A stretch of DNA of 64,000 nucleotides from Anaerolineae bacterium (lineage in GTDB: Bacteria > Chloroflexota > Anaerolineae > Anaerolineales > Anaerolineaceae): the NCBI GenBank assembly GCA_013314735.1, contig JABUFD010000008.1, positions 1 to 64,000 of the forward strand, read 5' to 3'. Position 1 is the stretch's first letter. Each line of letters opens with the position of its first letter. Below the pieces are notes generated by a model, which saw nothing but the letters and a program-made list of their open reading frames with translations, had not been told where the DNA came from and ran no database searches. The translations under genes were made by a program, and so were the position numbers. This document shows positions 16,106 through 26,269 of this stretch, piece by piece.

Positions 16106-18022
16106 ATGAACCACACAACCCGAACGCAAACCAGGGGAAGGCTGATGCTGGCGCTCTTGATCGCCGCCCTGTGCCTGGCCGCCCCGCTGCCGGTACGCGC
16201 CCAATCCGCCGCCGACCTCGACGACCCGCTGGCAATGGCCGCTTTCCTCGAAGGCGCGTTTGCCGCCGCCATGCTGGAACACCATGTACCCGGCGCGGTG
16301 GCGGTGGTGGTGAAGGACGGCGCGGTGCTGCACGCCGCCGGTTACGGCTATGCCGACCTGGAAACACCCACCCCGGTCGACCCGGCCACCACCCTCTTCC
16401 GCCCCGGTTCGGTCTCCAAGCTGTTCACCTGGACCGCCGTGATGCAGATGGTGGAAGCCGGCCAGCTTGATCTCGATGCCGACATCAACCGCTATCTCGA
16501 TTTTGAGATCCCCTCCACCTTCCCCCAGCCGATCACCCTGCGCCACCTGCTGACCCACACCCCCGGGTTCGAGGACCAGGGCCAGGGGCTGTTCAAGCTC
16601 GATCCCGCCGAAATGATCTCCCTGGGCGAGTACCTGAAACGTGCCATCCCGGCACGGGTGTACCCGCCGGGTGAGATCGCGGCCTATTCCAACTACGGCT
16701 CAATCCTGGCCGGCTACATCGTGGAGCGCGTGAGCGGGATGCCGTTCACGGCGTATGTGGAAACCCACATCCTTGCCCCGCTGGGGATGGAACACGCCAC
16801 CTTCCAGCAGCCCCTGCCGCCCAACCTCCAGGCCGATATGGCGGGCGGGTACAACTACCTGAACGGTGAATACCTGCGGGGGTCGTTTGAACTGGTGGTC
16901 GGCTCTCCCGCCGGCGGGTTGAGTGCTTCGGGGCTGGATATGGCGCGCTTCATGATCGCCCATCTGCAACACGGTGAATACAACGGCGCGCGTATTTTGC
17001 AGGAAGACACCGCGCAGCAGATGCACAGTCCGCTCTACAGCCCTGACCCGCGCATCGACTGCATGGCGCACGGCTTTTTCTACCAGCACATCAACGGGCA
17101 GTACACGCTCTCGCACGGCGGTGACACCATGCTGTTCCATTCCAGCCTGAGGCTGCTGCCGGAACACAACCTGGGGATTTTCATCTCCACCAATGGCACC
17201 AACGGTTCGATGGTGGTGGAAACCGTAACCAAAGCCTTCATGGACCGCTACTTCCCGGTGGCGGTAGCCGAACTGACCCCCACTGCCGATTTCGCCGAAC
17301 GCGCGGCGCTGTACCGCGGCAATTATATTTCCGCCCGCAGCAATGTGCATGGACTGGAAAAAATACTTAACCTGATGACCCCAACGTCGGTCAGCATTAC
17401 CCCGGACAACCGCGTGGTATTGAACTATGCCGGGCAGGCGACTTCCTTCATCGAGGTGGAACCGGGCCTGCTGGTCGATCCGCTCGATCCGGATAACCGG
17501 ATTGTGATGCATGCGTTGAACGGGCGCGTACGCCTCTCACCGCCCATGCCGTTTGAATTCCTCAAAATCCACTGGTACGAAACCAGCGCCTTCCAGGGCG
17601 TGCTCTTCGTTGGCGGGCTGCTGATGTTTCTCGGGGCCGGTGTGGGATTCATCAGCGCGTTCCTGCGCCGCCGCAAGGCACACGAACCGGTTCCCGCGGG
17701 GTCACGCCTGGCACGCTGGACGGCGGCGCTGTTCGGGATGGCCCTGCTGCTGTTCCTGGCGGGATTCCTGGTGGTGTTCTCCGATATCGACCCCGCGCTG
17801 GGTGTTCCCACCGTGTTCTTTGCCGACCCCGGCACCCTGCCCATGCTGCTGGTCATCCTGCCGCTGGTGCTGGTTGCGCTGGGCGCGCTGATGGTGGTGT
17901 TTGCTGCCGCGGCATGGCGCAAGCGCTGGTGGAGCGCCGGTGGGCGCGCCTGCTACAGCCTGCTGGCGCTGTGGGCGCTGGGGCTGGTGTGGGCACTGGC
18001 GTACTGGAACCTGCTCTTCTGA
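16106..18022 (+). CDS. serine hydrolase of the beta-lactamase/PBP (class C-like) family with signal peptide and C-terminal multi-TM region
   Basis: Signal peptide MLALLIAALCLAAPLPVRAQS. S-x-x-K motif at FRPGSVSKLF; YSNYG (Y-x-N-like) and HGG (KTG-like) elements. Four hydrophobic helices in the last ~130 aa. ATG 16106 with AAAGGAAA RBS. Confidence 0.75.
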   Translation: MNHTTRTQTRGRLMLALLIAALCLAAPLPVRAQSAADLDDPLAMAAFLEGAFAAAMLEHHVPGAVAVVVKDGAVLHAAGYGYADLETPTPVDPATTLFRPGSVSKLFTWTAVMQMVEAGQLDLDADINRYLDFEIPSTFPQPITLRHLLTHTPGFEDQGQGLFKLDPAEMISLGEYLKRAIPARVYPPGEIAAYSNYGSILAGYIVERVSGMPFTAYVETHILAPLGMEHATFQQPLPPNLQADMAGGYNYLNGEYLRGSFELVVGSPAGGLSASGLDMARFMIAHLQHGEYNGARILQEDTAQQMHSPLYSPDPRIDCMAHGFFYQHINGQYTLSHGGDTMLFHSSLRLLPEHNLGIFISTNGTNGSMVVETVTKAFMDRYFPVAVAELTPTADFAERAALYRGNYISARSNVHGLEKILNLMTPTSVSITPDNRVVLNYAGQATSFIEVEPGLLVDPLDPDNRIVMHALNGRVRLSPPMPFEFLKIHWYETSAFQGVLFVGGLLMFLGAGVGFISAFLRRRKAHEPVPAGSRLARWTAALFGMALLLFLAGFLVVFSDIDPALGVPTVFFADPGTLPMLLVILPLVLVALGALMVVFAAAAWRKRWWSAGGRACYSLLALWALGLVWALAYWNLLF

Positions 18023-18145
18023 TCCTCCGGATTGCAGCGCACAAACGCAAACGCCCGGGCTTGGCCTGGGCGTTTGAGCTGTGTGTTGTGTGTGTTGTTA
18101 TAGTCGATCAAGGGTCTAGGAGAACCTCGAAAACGTGCGTCTTGT

Positions 18146-18568
18146 TCAGCGGCTGAGCAGCCAATCAATGATCAGGGTCTTTTCTTCCTCGTTGATCTTG
18201 GCACCGTAGCCGATCATGCGGTCGAGGGTTTCTTCCCATTCTTCACGGGTTTTGTCAGAATTCAGCACGCGGTCGATATCGTGTTTGCCATCCAGTTTTT
18301 CCGTGATCAGGGCGATCATATCATCTTCAGAGGGCAGGGCGCTTTCGGCGGGGGCCTGTTCCTCGGTTTCGGCAGCGGGTTCAGCGGCTTCCGCTTCGGC
18401 AGCTTCCGGTTCTGCTTCTTCAGCTTCGGCCGGGGCTTCTTCCGCGGCGCTGTCTTCAGCGGCTGCCGGTTCTGCGGCGGGGGCGGGTTCTGCGGTTGTG
18501 CAGGCGGAAATCACCAGCAGGGCGGTGATCGCCAATATCAGTACAATCCAGAGCTTTTTGCGTTGCAT
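18146..18568 (-). CDS. small acidic lipoprotein (E/A/P-rich linker, C-terminal globular domain)
   Basis: Signal peptide with lipobox LVISAC, then an AEEAPAEAEEAEPEAAEAEAAEP low-complexity stretch. Confidence 0.55.
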   Translation of the reverse strand: MQRKKLWIVLILAITALLVISACTTAEPAPAAEPAAAEDSAAEEAPAEAEEAEPEAAEAEAAEPAAETEEQAPAESALPSEDDMIALITEKLDGKHDIDRVLNSDKTREEWEETLDRMIGYGAKINEEEKTLIIDWLLSR

Positions 18569-18979
18569 CGGTTCCTCCAGGGAATCGGAATTACTTAATA
18601 CTTATCAAATAAATCTAACAAAATAATACCTGTTCTGGAAATGGAAATCAAGCCCGCGGGGACGTTCTAACAAAACATTAATGCAGTCAGCCCGTCCACC
18701 CTGCCGCTTTTCCCTATTGACTCTCCCCCCGGGGGAGGCTGTATACTCTTCGATGGAAGACAGCGAACGAAAGGAAAGGAGAACGGATGGTCTGTGGATG
18801 GATGACAGCAGGGCGAACCTGCCAGGCGCTTGCCGCACCCTGCGCGGCGCGGCGCCAGCGGCCAACCTCACGCCGCACAGCGCGGCGCATGTGCCTCCAC
18901 CCCGAAGCGGGATCGGGCGGCTTGCTGCCCGGCCCGGCAGGGCGTACAATCAATCAAGATCAAGGAAAGGAATAACACC

Positions 18980-19831
18980 ATGGATGAACACTGGCTTCAA
19001 TACTACCGCCAACCGGGCGTGATGACCGACCTCACGCCCCTGGGCGATGCCCTGGGGGAACTCCCGCGCGACCTGCCGGCGCTGGTGCGCCTGGTGCAGG
19101 GGGTGATGCTGCACGTCTTCTGGGCGGAGCACGAAGGCTTTGCGCTGGACGATGCGCGCCGCGCCGAGGTGGGCCTGCGCCCCGCCGCCGACAGTCTGCG
19201 CCGCGCCCTGGCGCTGGACCCCGCCCCACTGGCGCAGCCGCGACCGTTGGCGCGCAAGGTGGTCGGCAACTGCCGCCACTTCTCCGTTCTGCTGTGTGCC
19301 CTGCTGCAGCGCCAGGGCATCCCGGCCCGGGCGCGCGCGGGCTTCGGAACGTACTTTCTGCCCGACCATTACGAGGACCACTGGGTGGCGGAGTACTGGC
19401 ATGCCGCCCGGCAGCGTTGGGTGATGGTCGATGCCCAGCTCAGCCCGTTCCAGCTGGAGGCGCTGCGGATAGCGTTTGACCCGCTGGATGTGCCCCCGGC
19501 GCAGTTCTGGACGGCCGAACGCGCCTGGCTGGCGGCGCGCGCCGGTGAGATCGACCCTGAGCAGTGCGGCATCTTTGACATGCACGGGATGGACTTCATC
19601 CGCGGCAGCCTCGGGCTGGACTTCGGCGCGCTCAACAAGTTCGAGGTGCTGCCGTGGGACGGCTGGGGCATTTTCCAGCGCGAACCGGACCAGATCGATG
19701 CCGACGGCTGGCGTTTCCTCGACCAGCTGGCAGCGATGATGGCGGATGCCGACCAGCACCTGCCGGAGCTGCAGCGCCTGTTCCAGCAAGATGAGCGCGT
19801 GCGCCCCCCGCAACTGGCGGAACTGCCGTAG
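18980..19831 (+). CDS. transglutaminase-like cysteine protease superfamily protein
   Basis: GNCRHFSVLLCALLQRQGIPARARAGF ... DHWVAEYW ... VMVDAQ matches the Cys-His-Asp core of the transglutaminase-like domain. AAGGAAAGG RBS before ATG 18980. Confidence 0.7.
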   Translation: MDEHWLQYYRQPGVMTDLTPLGDALGELPRDLPALVRLVQGVMLHVFWAEHEGFALDDARRAEVGLRPAADSLRRALALDPAPLAQPRPLARKVVGNCRHFSVLLCALLQRQGIPARARAGFGTYFLPDHYEDHWVAEYWHAARQRWVMVDAQLSPFQLEALRIAFDPLDVPPAQFWTAERAWLAARAGEIDPEQCGIFDMHGMDFIRGSLGLDFGALNKFEVLPWDGWGIFQREPDQIDADGWRFLDQLAAMMADADQHLPELQRLFQQDERVRPPQLAELP

Positions 19832-19833
19832 GC

Positions 19834-20361
19834 TTACTGCGCCTTGCGGCGCTCAAACCACTTCAGCACACCCACCACCACCGCGGCCACCGAGACCGCC
19901 AGCAAGGCCCACTTGGCGCTGGCGGCCAGCGCCGCCAACAGGGTCGGCAGGGGATCGAGCGCCTGCGGCTGCTGCAGCATGAAAATGTGGAAGATGTTCT
20001 CGACCCAATCCAGCACCCCTGCAGCCAGCGGGGCGAGGAACAGGGTATCACCGCCGGGTTCGTAGTGTTCGTGGGAGGTCAGGTTGGCGATCGCCCCGGA
20101 AAGGGCCACGGCATACGCCAGCGGGAAGAGGAAATCGACATACATCATGTTGAGGTAGGCGCGCACACCGTCTTCGCCCCATTCGGCCAGGATCGCCTGC
20201 ATGCTTTCCACGCTGTAGGCGGTCTGCATGGTGAACAACCCGGTTTTGCCGCGCAGGGCGTCGCCCTGGATGATGGCAAAAGCGGCCAGGCACAGCAACA
20301 CCACCAGTAATGCCAGCACGCGCACCGCTTTGCGCCGGATCAAGGAAAACAATCGAGCCAT
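19834..20361 (-). CDS. hypothetical membrane protein
   Basis: 175 aa with 4 predicted TM helices; no diagnostic motifs. Confidence 0.5.
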   Translation of the reverse strand: MARLFSLIRRKAVRVLALLVVLLCLAAFAIIQGDALRGKTGLFTMQTAYSVESMQAILAEWGEDGVRAYLNMMYVDFLFPLAYAVALSGAIANLTSHEHYEPGGDTLFLAPLAAGVLDWVENIFHIFMLQQPQALDPLPTLLAALAASAKWALLAVSVAAVVVGVLKWFERRKAQ

Positions 20362-20485
20362 GGATGGTTTCTCCTTCGAAATTGTTAGATGATGGGGTTA
20401 ATCTTAATCCAATTTCGCATTTCGTGCGGGGGATTTTCCCCGCAATGTGACTTAAGTCGTATCGCCCTGCGGAAAAATGCGCTAT

Positions 20486-20734
20486 CCTGTAAGTATGAAC
20501 CAACAACAACCCACCCCACACCGCGAACCCATATTGCCCCGGCTGGACCGGCAGCGCTGCACCCGCTGCGGCGAATGCGTTACCGCCTGCCCGGCGCATG
20601 TGATTGAAATGGCACAGGGCCAGCCCGTGTTCGCGCGCCCGCAGGATTGCACCTACTGCACCGCCTGTGAAGGCGCCTGCCCGGCCGGTGCCATCCGCTG
20701 CGCGTTCACGGTGGCCTGGGATGACCCACTTTAA
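20486..20734 (+). CDS. 2x[4Fe-4S] ferredoxin-like protein
   Basis: Two C-x2-C-x2-C-x3-CP clusters (CTRCGECVTACP, CTYCTACEGACP). Start 20477 or 20486; immediately precedes the DUF438 gene with overlapping reading frames. Confidence 0.7.
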   Translation, partial: PVSMNQQQPTPHREPILPRLDRQRCTRCGECVTACPAHVIEMAQGQPVFARPQDCTYCTACEGACPAGAIRCAFTVAWDDPL

Positions 20735-20748
20735 TGGAGGAATAACCG

Positions 20749-22011
20749 ATGAGTGAATATATTGATAACGTCAGCCAGCGCAAGAAGATGCTCAAAGAGG
20801 CCCTCGCCGGCCTGCACCAGGGCAAGAGCGTGGAGGAAGTACAGGCGATCTTCGCCGAACTGGTGAAGGTGGCCACCTACGATGATATTTCCGAAGCCGA
20901 ACAAATGCTGATCGCGGAGGGACTGCCCGCCGCGGAGATCCAGAAACTGTGCGACCTGCACGTGGCCGTGGTGCGCGACAGCCTGGATGCCCAGCCCGAC
21001 CCCGATTCCATTCCCGGCCACCCGATCCACACCCTGCGCGCCGAGAACGAGATCGCCGAGACCATGCTGCAGCAATTGGAAGGGCTGCTGGTGGTGCCCG
21101 GTGCCGAGGCGCTGGAACTGGTGCGCGACCGCCTGGCGCAGCTGGTGCAGTTCGAGCGCCACTACCAGCGCAAGGAAAACCTGCTGTTCCCCTACCTGGA
21201 GCGCTACGGCTTCACCGGCCCTTCGCAGGTGATGTGGGGCATCCATGATGAGATCCGCGCCGCCTGGAAACAACTCACCGCCCTGCTGGCAGACCTCGGC
21301 CAGCCGCAGGATTGGACCGCCAGACTCAAGCAGCTGCGCGCCGTGTTCGAGCCGATGCGCACCGCGATGCAGGAGATGTTCTACAAGGAAGAGAAGATCC
21401 TCTTTCCCACCGCGATGGAACGCCTGAGCGAAGCCGACTGGGGAGAAATTCGCCGCCAGGAGGCAGAGCTGGGCTATTTCGTGGTGCGCCCCGGCCTCAC
21501 CTGGCAGCCGCCCGCCCCCGCCGCCCCCAAAGCGGAACCCACGCCGCAGGCCGCGCCAGCCTTCAGCGCCCCCGGGATCGGGGTGATGCTCTCACTCGCC
21601 ACCGGCGTCCTCAGCCCGGAACAGCTCAACCTGATGCTGACCCACCTGCCGTTCGACATCACCTTCGTCGATGAAAATGACGAGGTGCGCTACTTCACCC
21701 AGGGCAAGGAGCGCATCTTCGAGCGCCAGCCCGCCATCATCGGGCGCAAGGTGCAGCTGTGCCACCCGCCGCAAAGCATGGACAAGGTGCAGCGCATCCT
21801 CGATGATTTCCGTGCCGGTACACGTGATGTGGCGGAATTCTGGATCAAACTCAACCTGCCACAGGGTGAGTCGATGATGGAAAAATTCGTCCACATCCGC
21901 TACTTCGCCCTGCGCGATGCCGCCGGCACCTACCGCGGCACGATCGAAGTCACCCAGGACGTGGCCCCCATCCACGCCCTGCAAGGCGAAAAACGCCTGC
22001 TGGATGATTGA
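20749..22011 (+). CDS. DUF438-family protein (hemerythrin-like N-terminal region + C-terminal PAS-like domain)
   Basis: Architecture and C-terminal block DITFVDENDEVRYFTQGKERIFER..HPPQSMDKVQRILDDFRAG..FWIKL resemble DUF438/PAS proteins that usually follow small redox proteins. Confidence 0.6.
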   Translation: MSEYIDNVSQRKKMLKEALAGLHQGKSVEEVQAIFAELVKVATYDDISEAEQMLIAEGLPAAEIQKLCDLHVAVVRDSLDAQPDPDSIPGHPIHTLRAENEIAETMLQQLEGLLVVPGAEALELVRDRLAQLVQFERHYQRKENLLFPYLERYGFTGPSQVMWGIHDEIRAAWKQLTALLADLGQPQDWTARLKQLRAVFEPMRTAMQEMFYKEEKILFPTAMERLSEADWGEIRRQEAELGYFVVRPGLTWQPPAPAAPKAEPTPQAAPAFSAPGIGVMLSLATGVLSPEQLNLMLTHLPFDITFVDENDEVRYFTQGKERIFERQPAIIGRKVQLCHPPQSMDKVQRILDDFRAGTRDVAEFWIKLNLPQGESMMEKFVHIRYFALRDAAGTYRGTIEVTQDVAPIHALQGEKRLLDD

Positions 22012-22026
22012 TAGACAAACAATCAT

Positions 22027-22062
22027 ACAACCCCGCCAGCTTTGGCGGGGTTGTATGTTACT
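22027..22062 (+). terminator. rho-independent terminator after the DUF438 gene
   Basis: acaaccccgcc / ggcggggttgt stem followed by atgttactttg. Confidence 0.55.
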
Positions 22063-22185
22063 TTGCCCTATCACAAAACTACAATTTTTTTTGCATATAT
22101 ACACAAATGGCCACTCGCCATTGCGGGTTAAGGCGTTACCGAACCACCTGGTTCAAATTAACTATGATCGATCTTCATGTTTTCC

Positions 22186-22893
22186 CTAAAAATTCTTAAA
22201 TCTATCCCTGATTTTTTTATAAACTTCTTGATTTTTCTGATGGTCTAAATGGCTACTTTTAGGTTTTCGAATAAGCTTAAATTGATCACAGTTACATCCA
22301 AATTTGTTGCAGAGCTTTGACACATTGCCACCATTAACTCCCCCCAAAACAATCAACACACTCGGCGCTAATGCGTTAATTGTAGGGTGAGTAAACTTTA
22401 TCCAAGAATTTTTGCGCGTTTCCGGTGTCTCCCTTTCATTATCAGTTGTACGATACGGTAGCAAATTGATAAACGCAAATTGAGAGAAGTCTTGATATGT
22501 TAATTCTTGGATTTTTTCAAATGCTTCCCAAATCTCCCAATACTTCACAACCTTTGCATAGACCTTATTGGTTATCTCAAATTGTGCCACAACATTGGTT
22601 CGATGTTCTTTTGAGAAGGTTAATTGTTTAAACTTTCGAAGTTCAGGATACAAAATTTCATTACCATTATCCTTCTTTGAACCACCTCCGCCCCCAGGAT
22701 TTCTTCCAATAATCAGTACTCCACCTGGTTGATAGTTGATGCCAATATATCCTGCATGCATAACCTTAGCATCTTCAACATCTACATCAGGCATCAATTC
22801 ATCGGCAAATCCAAAAATCTCCTCCCTTGGTATTTGGGTCATTCGCCACATATGCTCAGCAATTCGAGTTCGGAATTCATCTAAACTACTCAT
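22186..22893 (-). CDS. hypothetical protein encoded in an AT-rich (~35-40% GC) island; Gly-rich loop IGRNPGGGGGS
   Basis: Clean 235-aa ORF with K/N/I-rich codon usage unlike the rest of the window; no family assigned with confidence. Confidence 0.55.
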   Translation of the reverse strand: MSSLDEFRTRIAEHMWRMTQIPREEIFGFADELMPDVDVEDAKVMHAGYIGINYQPGGVLIIGRNPGGGGGSKKDNGNEILYPELRKFKQLTFSKEHRTNVVAQFEITNKVYAKVVKYWEIWEAFEKIQELTYQDFSQFAFINLLPYRTTDNERETPETRKNSWIKFTHPTINALAPSVLIVLGGVNGGNVSKLCNKFGCNCDQFKLIRKPKSSHLDHQKNQEVYKKIRDRFKNF

Positions 22894-23205
22894 CCTTCCT
22901 CCTCAATTACTCCTAAATAACTCAAATCAGGATTGTAAGATTTATTTCGTAGAAACTTGAATATACTTCTGTTAATTATTTTACACTCAACGCCACAAAC
23001 TTTGATAAAGAAACAATCATATCATCCGTTCATAGAAATACACTGCCATCCATAAAAAGGGGAGCACCCTCTATCTTAATGCTAGTCCTACTGGGGAATG
23101 CATTAAAACCAGTGGTGATGGTATACATGGTTTGGTAGCTCGAGATTACCAACAGTAGATACTTTGCGCAGGATTCTCATGCTATAATCGAAAAGAGGTG
23201 TATTA

Positions 23206-23514
23206 ATGAGTGTGCAAGTACGAATCCCGGATGAACAAATCGCTGATTTCTGTCATCGGTGGAAGATTGTCCGCCTGGAAATTTTCGGCTCCGCCATCCG
23301 TGATGACTTTTCACGCACCAGTGATACCGATCTGCTGGTCGAATACCAGCCGGGATTTCACCGAACCGTAACAGATATGGAACAGATACAGGTCGAAATT
23401 GAAGCCTTATTTTCGCGGCCTGTCGACCTGATTACCCGGAGCAGCATCGAACACAGTCCCAATCCATATAAACGTAAAAACATCCTTGGACAGGCGCAGG
23501 TGATTTATGGATAA
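23206..23514 (+). CDS. MntA-like minimal nucleotidyltransferase (antitoxin-type NTase), orphan (no HepT partner)
   Basis: FGSAIRDDFSRTSDTDLLV matches the GS-x9-DxD nucleotidyltransferase motif. 102 aa; no HEPN gene downstream. Confidence 0.7.
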   Translation: MSVQVRIPDEQIADFCHRWKIVRLEIFGSAIRDDFSRTSDTDLLVEYQPGFHRTVTDMEQIQVEIEALFSRPVDLITRSSIEHSPNPYKRKNILGQAQVIYG

Positions 23515-23546
23515 ATGCGACTCAGTCTTGCCCGGCTCCCATCCCC

Positions 23547-24356
23547 TTACGCAAACAGCAGCAGGCTGAGGGCCATCACCACCATCCCGCCGATCACACC
23601 GCCGATGGCGATGTGGTGCTTGCCGTATTCCTCGGCGGTCGGCAGCAGTTCATCGAGCGAAATATACACCATGATCCCCGCCACCGCGGCGAAGATCACC
23701 CCGAACAGGGTATCGTTGAAGATCGCGCGCAGGATGAAGTACCCCAGGATCGCGCCCACCGGTTCGGAAAAGCCCGACAGCACCGAGAGCCACAGCGCCT
23801 TGCGGCGGCTCTTGGTGGCATAATACACCGGCACCGAAACCGCGATCCCTTCCGGGATGTTGTGGATCGCGATCGCCACGGCGATACTCACCCCCAGCGC
23901 GGGGTCTTTCAGCGCGCCCATGAAGGTCGCCAGGCCTTCGGGGAAGTTGTGGATGGCAATCGCCAGCGCCGAGAACATCCCCATCCGCAGCAGTTTCTTG
24001 CGGTCGGTTTCATCGGTGTAGCCGGCCTCATCGATGTTCTTGATCTCGTGCGGGTTCTCAAAGGAAGGCACCAGGTTATCGATCAGCGCGATCAGCGCCA
24101 TACCGGCGAAGAACGAAACCACCGTCACCCAGTAGCCGCCCTTCTCGCCGAGGGTAACGGTGAGGGCATCTTTGGCCTTAAAGAAAATTTCAACCAGCGA
24201 GACATAGATCATCACCCCGGCCGAGAACCCCAGCGCGCCGGAGAGGAAATTGGGGTTGAATTTCTTCGAGAAGAAGGCCATCATGCTGCCAATCCCCGTG
24301 GAAAGGCCGGCAAACAGGGTGAGTCCCAGGGCAAAGAGAACATCCGGTGTGATCAT
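23547..24356 (-). CDS. zupT: ZIP family zinc/metal transporter
   Basis: Eight TM helices; signature HNFPEG and HNIPEG motifs. Confidence 0.85.
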   Translation of the reverse strand: MITPDVLFALGLTLFAGLSTGIGSMMAFFSKKFNPNFLSGALGFSAGVMIYVSLVEIFFKAKDALTVTLGEKGGYWVTVVSFFAGMALIALIDNLVPSFENPHEIKNIDEAGYTDETDRKKLLRMGMFSALAIAIHNFPEGLATFMGALKDPALGVSIAVAIAIHNIPEGIAVSVPVYYATKSRRKALWLSVLSGFSEPVGAILGYFILRAIFNDTLFGVIFAAVAGIMVYISLDELLPTAEEYGKHHIAIGGVIGGMVVMALSLLLFA

Positions 24357-24412
24357 GTGTACCTCTGTGAGCGTTTGAATCGAACACGTTCATTATACTC
24401 CCCTCATGCGGT

Positions 24413-26119
24413 TTGCGGTACAATTTCCCCATGCACCTCGATTCCCTCTCCCTGGCCTGCTGGAAGGAAGAAACCAGCCGCAGCCTGCTCCCCGCACGGG
24501 TGCAGAACATCCTGCATGTGGACCCGCTTTCGTTCGGGTTTGAGCTGTATGCCGGGCAGCGCTACAACCTGCTGCTGTCGGCGGATGCCGCCCGGCCGCG
24601 CGCGGTGGTGGTGCCCTACAAGCTGCGCCGCGGCGTCGATGCCCCCCACCCGCTGCTGCTGCAACTGCGCAAGCACCTCGAAGGCGCGCGCCTGGTGGGC
24701 ATCAGCCAGCCGCCGTGGGAGCGCATCCTCAACTTCCACTTTGAAACCCCCGGAGCGCGCTTCACCCTGGTGGCCGAGATGATGGGACGCTATTCCAACC
24801 TGGTGCTGCTGGATGAAACCGGCACGGTGCTGGAAGCCGCCAAGCGCATCAGCCTGCGCCTCAACCGCCAGCGCAGCATCCTGCCCGGGCACCCCTACCA
24901 GCTGCCGCCGCTCCCCGCCGGCCGCGAAGCCCCCACCGCAGTCGACTGCGCCGCCCTCCTTTCCCGACAAAATCCACGGCAAGACCTGGCCGCGCTCCTC
25001 AGCCAGCATGTGCTGGCGGTCAGCCCCACCCTGGGGCGCGAAATCCAGCACCGCCTGGAACAGCGCGGCGAGATCACCCCCCACGCCCTGCGCGCCTGCC
25101 TCGATGAATTTTTCAGCACATCCGCCGTTTTTGCCCCCGCGCTGGGGTATGACGCGCAGAACCACCTGACAGCGTTTGCCGCCTATCCCCTCACCCACTG
25201 CACCCGCACCGAACCCGCCGCAAGCCTGAATGACGCCCTGCTGGAGTACCTGAGCCACGGCCAGGCGGTGGACGCCTACGCGCGTGCCCGCGGCAGCGTG
25301 GAAGCGCACCTGGCAGCGGCGATCGGGAAAACCGAACACCGCGCGGCGCAGATGCGCGCCCAGCAGGCCGACCCGGCCGTCATCGACCGCCTGCGCGAGG
25401 ACGGCGAACTGCTGCTGGCCTACCAGCACCTGGTGCAGCGCGGGATGGATTCGGTGACCGTACCGGATTACGAGGGCAACCCGCGCGAGATCCGGGTCGA
25501 GCCGCGCGTCAAAGCCAGTGAGAACGCGGCGCACTATTTTCAGCGCTACGAAAAAGCCAAACGCGCCGCCGCCGAAATGCCGCGCCGCGTGGCAAAAGTG
25601 GAAGCCGAACTGGCCTGCCTGCGCCAGCTGGCAGCCGACCTGGCCATCGCCACCACCCGCCCGCAGATCGATGCCGTCTACAATGCGCTGGCAGAGGGCG
25701 GTTACATTCGCACCCGCGCCAAACGCCCGCGCGTGCAGGAGAGCGCCCCGCTGCGTTTCGCGGTGGCGGGCTTCACGGTGTGGGTGGGGCGCAGCGCGCG
25801 CCAGAACGAGCAGGTCAGTTTCAAGCTCGCCAGCCCCGAAGACACCTGGCTGCACGTGCACGATTCCCCCGGGGCGCACGTCATCATTCAAAGTGGCGGG
25901 CAGGCGCTGCCGGCCGAAGTGCTCCAGTTCGCAATGCAGGCGGCGGCCTATTATTCGCCCCTGCGCCTGCAGGGCGGCGGCGCCCAGGTGGACTGCACCC
26001 TGCGCAAATACGTGCGCCGGGTCCCCGGCGGCCACCCGGGTTTGGTGACCTATTCCGAAAGCACCAGCCTGTGGGTGGCGGATGCGGCAAAGGAACCGGT
26101 GATCGCGCCCCAGCCTTAA
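24413..26119 (+). CDS. NFACT-family RNA-binding protein (RqcH / fibronectin-binding protein A-like, DUF814)
   Basis: N-terminal NFACT-N block and C-terminal WVGRSARQNEQVSFKLASPEDTWLHVHDSPGAHVII (NFACT-R/DUF814) match RqcH. Confidence 0.75.
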   Translation: MRYNFPMHLDSLSLACWKEETSRSLLPARVQNILHVDPLSFGFELYAGQRYNLLLSADAARPRAVVVPYKLRRGVDAPHPLLLQLRKHLEGARLVGISQPPWERILNFHFETPGARFTLVAEMMGRYSNLVLLDETGTVLEAAKRISLRLNRQRSILPGHPYQLPPLPAGREAPTAVDCAALLSRQNPRQDLAALLSQHVLAVSPTLGREIQHRLEQRGEITPHALRACLDEFFSTSAVFAPALGYDAQNHLTAFAAYPLTHCTRTEPAASLNDALLEYLSHGQAVDAYARARGSVEAHLAAAIGKTEHRAAQMRAQQADPAVIDRLREDGELLLAYQHLVQRGMDSVTVPDYEGNPREIRVEPRVKASENAAHYFQRYEKAKRAAAEMPRRVAKVEAELACLRQLAADLAIATTRPQIDAVYNALAEGGYIRTRAKRPRVQESAPLRFAVAGFTVWVGRSARQNEQVSFKLASPEDTWLHVHDSPGAHVIIQSGGQALPAEVLQFAMQAAAYYSPLRLQGGGAQVDCTLRKYVRRVPGGHPGLVTYSESTSLWVADAAKEPVIAPQP

Positions 26120-26146
26120 AAAGGTATCCCGTTACCCCTCTTGTAT

Positions 26147-26269
26147 TGTCTATAAAAATGGCTACAATCATGGATAGTATTCTCTGCAGCCATCGGCGAT
26201 TGATCATGAATGTGATCAATTTTCCTGAACAGGCGGGGAATCATCGAAGAGGATCGAGGAGTGTACAGC
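26147..26269 (+). promoter_or_regulatory. promoter (TACAAT at 26163) plus ~100-nt leader, identical to the leader of the downstream paralog
   Basis: 26163-26272 is base-for-base identical to 29483-29592. Contains a uORF (MDSILCSHRRLIMNVINFPEQAGNHRRGS..) overlapping the kinase start out of frame. Confidence 0.5.

Noticed and set aside
14881-16272. Full 463-aa version of the AAC(3)-like ORF
   Set aside because: Upstream 180 codons cross the solo hairpin repeat and encode Arg/Gly/Pro-rich sequence; homologous proteins are ~260-290 aa, consistent with the start at 15723.
20400-20440. Hairpin gcggggga-tttt-ccccgc upstream of the 19834-20361 membrane protein gene as a terminator
   Set aside because: No convergent gene ends here on either strand (it lies in a promoter region); short 6-bp stem. 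More likely incidental or a small operator.
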